Source: Candidatus Latescibacterota bacterium (lineage in GTDB: Bacteria > Latescibacterota > UBA2968 > UBA8231). From it: 64,000 bases of DNA. The notes under the pieces were generated by a model. It searched no databases. It was not told the origin of the DNA and worked only from the letters and a program-made list of their open reading frames with translations. Below, piece by piece: positions 60,536-64,000 of this stretch. The stretch is taken from positions 576,001-640,000 of the forward strand of contig OZ220089.1 in the NCBI GenBank assembly GCA_964291625.2, in the 5' to 3' direction. Positions within the stretch are counted from its first letter, which is position 1, and each line of letters opens with the position of its first letter. Both the position numbers and the translations under genes were made by a program.

Positions 60536-61744
60536 CTACGAAACGGCGGTGCGCAGGGCGCGCCGGCGGATGTTGGCCTGCACCACGAGGTAGTCGAAGA
60601 CCGGGGCGAAGATGTTGCCGAAGAGGATGGCGAGCATCACCCCCTCCGGGAAGGCCGGATTGACGACCCGGATGAGCACGGTCATGACTCCGATGAGGGC
60701 GCCGTAGAGCCACTTGCCGAGGTTGGTGAAGGAGGCCGACACGGGGTCGGTGGCCATGTATACGCAACCGAAGGCGAAGCCTCCGAGCAACAGGTGCCAG
60801 ACGGGGTCCAGGGCGAACATGTGGTTGGTCTGGCTGTCGACCTGGTGCAGCAGCCACGCCAGCAGGAAGGTGGTGGCCGTCATGCTGGCCATGATCCGCC
60901 ACGAGCCGATGCCGGTGGCGATGAGGATGACGGCGCCGATGAGGCAGGCTAGGACCGAGGTCTCGCCCATCGACCCGGGGAGCACCCCGAGGAAGGCCTG
61001 CATCTTGGTCAGGCCCGCCTCCATGGGGGCGATGCCGTCGGCCGGCACCTGGCCGAGGGGGGTGGCCCGGGAGTAGCCGTCGACGGCGACCCAGATGCGG
61101 TCGCCCGTGATCTCCACCGGGTAGGCGAAGTAGAGGAAGGCCCGGGCCGTGAGGGCGGGGTTGAGGAAGTTCTTGCCCGTGCCCCCGAAGATCTCCTTGC
61201 CGATGACGACGCCGAAGGTGATGCCCACGGCGACCTGCCACAGGGGGATCGTCGGCGGCAGGGTGAGAGGGAAGAGCATGCCCGTCACCAGGAAGCCCTC
61301 GTTCACCTCGTGGCGGCGGATCGTCGAGAACAGGGCCTCCCAGAAGCCGCCCACGGCGTTGCAGACCAGGAAGACCGGCAGGAACCAGAGGGCGCCGTGG
61401 ACGACGTTGGCCACCAGGCTGCCCGGGTCGACGCCGACCCCGAGGACCGTGAGGACGACCCCGCGCCAGCCGTCGGCGGAGGTGCGGCCGAGCTCGGCCA
61501 GGGCCAGGTTCGCCTGGTACCCCGTGTTCCACATGGCCATGAAGATGCACGGCACCATGGCCAGGACGACGGTGATCATCATGCGCTTCAGGTCGAGCCC
61601 GTCGCGCACGTGGGCGGCGTTGCCGGTGACGTCGGAGGGGGTGTAGAGGAAGGTGTCGACGAGCTCGTAGAGCGGGTAGAGGCGCTCGAGCCGGCCGCCC
61701 CGCTCGAAGTGGGGCTCCACGGAGTCGAGGAGCTGGCGCAGCAC
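60536..61744 (-). CDS. nqrB: Na+-NQR subunit B
   Basis: [31 protein letters not shown] site DGYSRAT, MATDPVS. Confidence 0.96.
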   Translation of the reverse strand: MLRQLLDSVEPHFERGGRLERLYPLYELVDTFLYTPSDVTGNAAHVRDGLDLKRMMITVVLAMVPCIFMAMWNTGYQANLALAELGRTSADGWRGVVLTVLGVGVDPGSLVANVVHGALWFLPVFLVCNAVGGFWEALFSTIRRHEVNEGFLVTGMLFPLTLPPTIPLWQVAVGITFGVVIGKEIFGGTGKNFLNPALTARAFLYFAYPVEITGDRIWVAVDGYSRATPLGQVPADGIAPMEAGLTKMQAFLGVLPGSMGETSVLACLIGAVILIATGIGSWRIMASMTATTFLLAWLLHQVDSQTNHMFALDPVWHLLLGGFAFGCVYMATDPVSASFTNLGKWLYGALIGVMTVLIRVVNPAFPEGVMLAILFGNIFAPVFDYLVVQANIRRRALRTAVS

Positions 61745-61746
61745 GA

Positions 61747-63105
61747 TCAGAAATCCCTCTCGATGAGTTCGAGGTTCTGCCGCAGCAGCGGCCCGTACTC
61801 GGTCTTGCCCGGGCAGACGAAGGTGCACAGCCCGAGATCTTCCTCGTCGAGCTCCAGCGCGCCCAGCTCGACGGCGCGCTCGGCGTCGCCGGTGATCAGG
61901 GCCCGCAGCAGGAAGGTGGGCAGGATGTCGAGGGGCATGACCGCCTCGTAGGAGCCCACCGGCACCATGGCCCGCGGCGAGCCGTTGGTGCTGGTGTCGA
62001 AGGCGAACCGCCGCCGGGGGAGCATGGCCGAGGCGAAGACCCGCTTCACCGAGAACCTGTCGGCTCCCGGGGACTGCCAGCCGAGGAGCTCGCGCTCGCG
62101 GTTCTCGCGCACCGCCGAGACCTGCAGGTGCCAGCGGCCGAGGTAGTCGAGGGGCCCGGAGGCCTGGCGCCCGGCGAGCAGCGATCCGGAGACGACGCGC
62201 GCCTCCACCCCGGAGGTCAGCTCCCCGGCGACGAGATCGCCGATGCAGGCGCCCATGCGCGTGCGCAGGAGACGGGGCCGCTCGACCACCGGCCCGCCGA
62301 GGGCGACGACGCGCTCGTGGTTGATGCGCCCCGTCAGGAAGAGGTCGCCCACGGCGGCCACGTCCTGGTAGTTGATCCAGAACACCTGCTTCTGCAGGCC
62401 GGCGCCGTCGAGGAAGTGGATGTGGGTCCCGGCGAGGCCCGCCGGGTGGGGCCCGCCGAACTCGGCCACGGTGACGTCGGCGCCGTCCACCGGGATGGCG
62501 GCGCCCGGGGCCTTGCACAGGTAGATCTCGCCGGCGCCCAGACGGCCGAGGGCGGCCAGGCCGGCGCGGAAGGCGTCCTCGCGGCCGGCGAGGGCGGCGG
62601 CGGGGTCGGCGCACAGCGGGTTGGTGTCGATGGCGGTGACGAAAATCGAGTGGGGCCGGGTGTCGGGCAGGGGCACCTTGCTGTAGGGGCGCTGCCGCAG
62701 CCCGGTCCACAGGCCGGACTGGACGAGGGCGCCGCGGACCTGCTCGGGACTCAGATCCTCGGGGCGGCGGCCGCCGACATCGAAGGTCTCCTCGCCGCCG
62801 CGGTCGTCCAGCTCGACGATGACCGAGAGCAGCCTGCGCTTGTCGCCGCGGTGCACGCCGACCACCTTGCCGGCCCCGGGGGAGGTGAAGCGCAGGCCGG
62901 GCCTCCGCTTGTCCTCGAACAGCAACTGGCCGGCGCGGACGCTGTCGCCCTCCTGCACCGCCATGGTCGGCCGCAGGTCGTGGTAGTCGAGGCCGACGAG
63001 GGCCACCCGCTCCGGGGGCCGAGCGTCCTCCACGACCTGCCGGCACTCGCCCGTGATCGGCAGGTCGAGACCCTTGCGGAGGGTGAAGGAGCGCTTCTCA
63101 GCCAT
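61747..63105 (-). CDS. nqrA: Na+-NQR subunit A
   Basis: [32 protein letters not shown]. Confidence 0.96.
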   Translation of the reverse strand: MAEKRSFTLRKGLDLPITGECRQVVEDARPPERVALVGLDYHDLRPTMAVQEGDSVRAGQLLFEDKRRPGLRFTSPGAGKVVGVHRGDKRRLLSVIVELDDRGGEETFDVGGRRPEDLSPEQVRGALVQSGLWTGLRQRPYSKVPLPDTRPHSIFVTAIDTNPLCADPAAALAGREDAFRAGLAALGRLGAGEIYLCKAPGAAIPVDGADVTVAEFGGPHPAGLAGTHIHFLDGAGLQKQVFWINYQDVAAVGDLFLTGRINHERVVALGGPVVERPRLLRTRMGACIGDLVAGELTSGVEARVVSGSLLAGRQASGPLDYLGRWHLQVSAVRENRERELLGWQSPGADRFSVKRVFASAMLPRRRFAFDTSTNGSPRAMVPVGSYEAVMPLDILPTFLLRALITGDAERAVELGALELDEEDLGLCTFVCPGKTEYGPLLRQNLELIERDF

Positions 63106-63281
63106 GGCGGGGCGGAACGGCTGGACGTGGAGTGGCGCCCCGGAGGGCCCGATCTGGAGGCAGGGCGCAACCCGGTCGCGTCGGGTGGAAGTACAAGGCT
63201 TGCTGTCGGCGATCCGTGGGGGAGGTGTGGACTGGATACGCACCGGGAACCGGCGCTGTGACATCGTCCTGAAGTTGAGTT

Positions 63282-63310
63282 AGGTTAGGGCCGCCGCCGA
63301 GGACTGTCAA
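63282..63310 (-). promoter_or_regulatory. Candidate sigma70 promoter of the nqr operon
   Basis: TTGACA-N17-TAACCT on minus strand. Confidence 0.6.
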
Positions 63311-63390
63311 GGATTCCCGCACACCCGTCGAGATGCCATGAAAACGAGCCCGTCGGCGCCGGCCGATTGGCAGCCGAAGGTGGTGAATCG

Positions 63391-64000
63391 GTGAGCCGGA
63401 GGGTCGTCGTCACCGGCCTCGGGGCGGTGACGCCTCTCGGCTCCGGTGCGGCGCGTTTCTGGGACCGGTTGTGCGCCGGCCGGTCCGGGGTCGGGCCGAT
63501 CACCCTCTTCGATGCCGGGGCCTTCCCGGTGCGCATCGCCGGCGAGGTCGCCGGCTTCAGCCTGCCCGCCGGGATCGACCGCAAGCGCCTCCGGCGCCTG
63601 GACCGCTACGCCCTGTTCGGAGTCTCGGCGGCGCTGCAGGCCTGGCGCGACGCCGGCGTCGAGGACCACGATCCCTGGCAGGCGGGGATCGTCCTCGGTT
63701 CCAGCCACGGCGGCGAGAGCACGGCCATCCAGGCCGCGGCGGCCCTCGGTCCCCGGCCCTCGCCGAAAGCGGCCAGCCCCCTGGTGATCCCGCGCATGCT
63801 CAACAACATGGCCGCCGCCCAGGCGGCGATGCTCCTCGACCTGCGCGGCCCGGGCTTCGCCCTCGCCTCGGCGTGCGCCACCGGCGGACACGCCCTCGGC
63901 GAGGCATCCGAGATCATCCGCAGGGGGGATGCCGAGGTGATGGTCGCCGGCGCCGCCGAGGCCTGCATCACCCCCCTTACCTTGGCCGGCGACAACGCCC
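63391..64000 (+). CDS. fabF: 3-oxoacyl-ACP synthase II, 3' truncated by window edge
   Basis: MSRRVVVTGLGAVTPLG, IAGEV, LDRY, catalytic SACATG, IRRGDAEVMVAG. Confidence 0.88.
   Translation, partial: MSRRVVVTGLGAVTPLGSGAARFWDRLCAGRSGVGPITLFDAGAFPVRIAGEVAGFSLPAGIDRKRLRRLDRYALFGVSAALQAWRDAGVEDHDPWQAGIVLGSSHGGESTAIQAAAALGPRPSPKAASPLVIPRMLNNMAAAQAAMLLDLRGPGFALASACATGGHALGEASEIIRRGDAEVMVAGAAEACITPLTLAGDNA

Overview
High-GC diderm bacterial chromosome segment (Lpt genes present); the secreted-protein families and C-terminal motifs suggest an uncultured Latescibacterota/FCB-related lineage (inference only). No rRNA, tRNA, CRISPR or mobile element was seen. Left to right: end of a TPP-enzyme/LarA-like/kduD catabolic cluster (1-2490); a ~20 kb convergent accessory locus of uncharacterised envelope proteins (2750-22606) with three paralogous secreted proteins sharing an FTPNGDGxND/FlgD-Ig C-terminal domain ending in -VAY, a large probable outer-membrane beta-barrel, two paralogous lipoproteins, a parvulin chaperone, an SGNH-TPR protein and a GT-C-TPR glycosyltransferase; housekeeping genes (rpoN, lptB, lptC/A-like, pyrG, gatC, smc, rmlC, frameshifted ECF sigma behind a sigma54 promoter, M42 peptidase, prenyl synthase); and a ~26 kb minus-strand bioenergetic run of nqrABCDEF-nqrM, a highly divergent nuo set (A, CD, E, F, G, H, J, K, L, M, N; nuoB and nuoI missing) and a complete F1Fo atp operon, followed by the start of fabF. 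The two best candidates for an undescribed system are (i) the CTD-protein/beta-barrel/lipoprotein envelope locus and (ii) the remodelled complex I remnant that keeps its Fe-S cysteines and gene coupling but has lost the quinone site and most proton-pumping residues.
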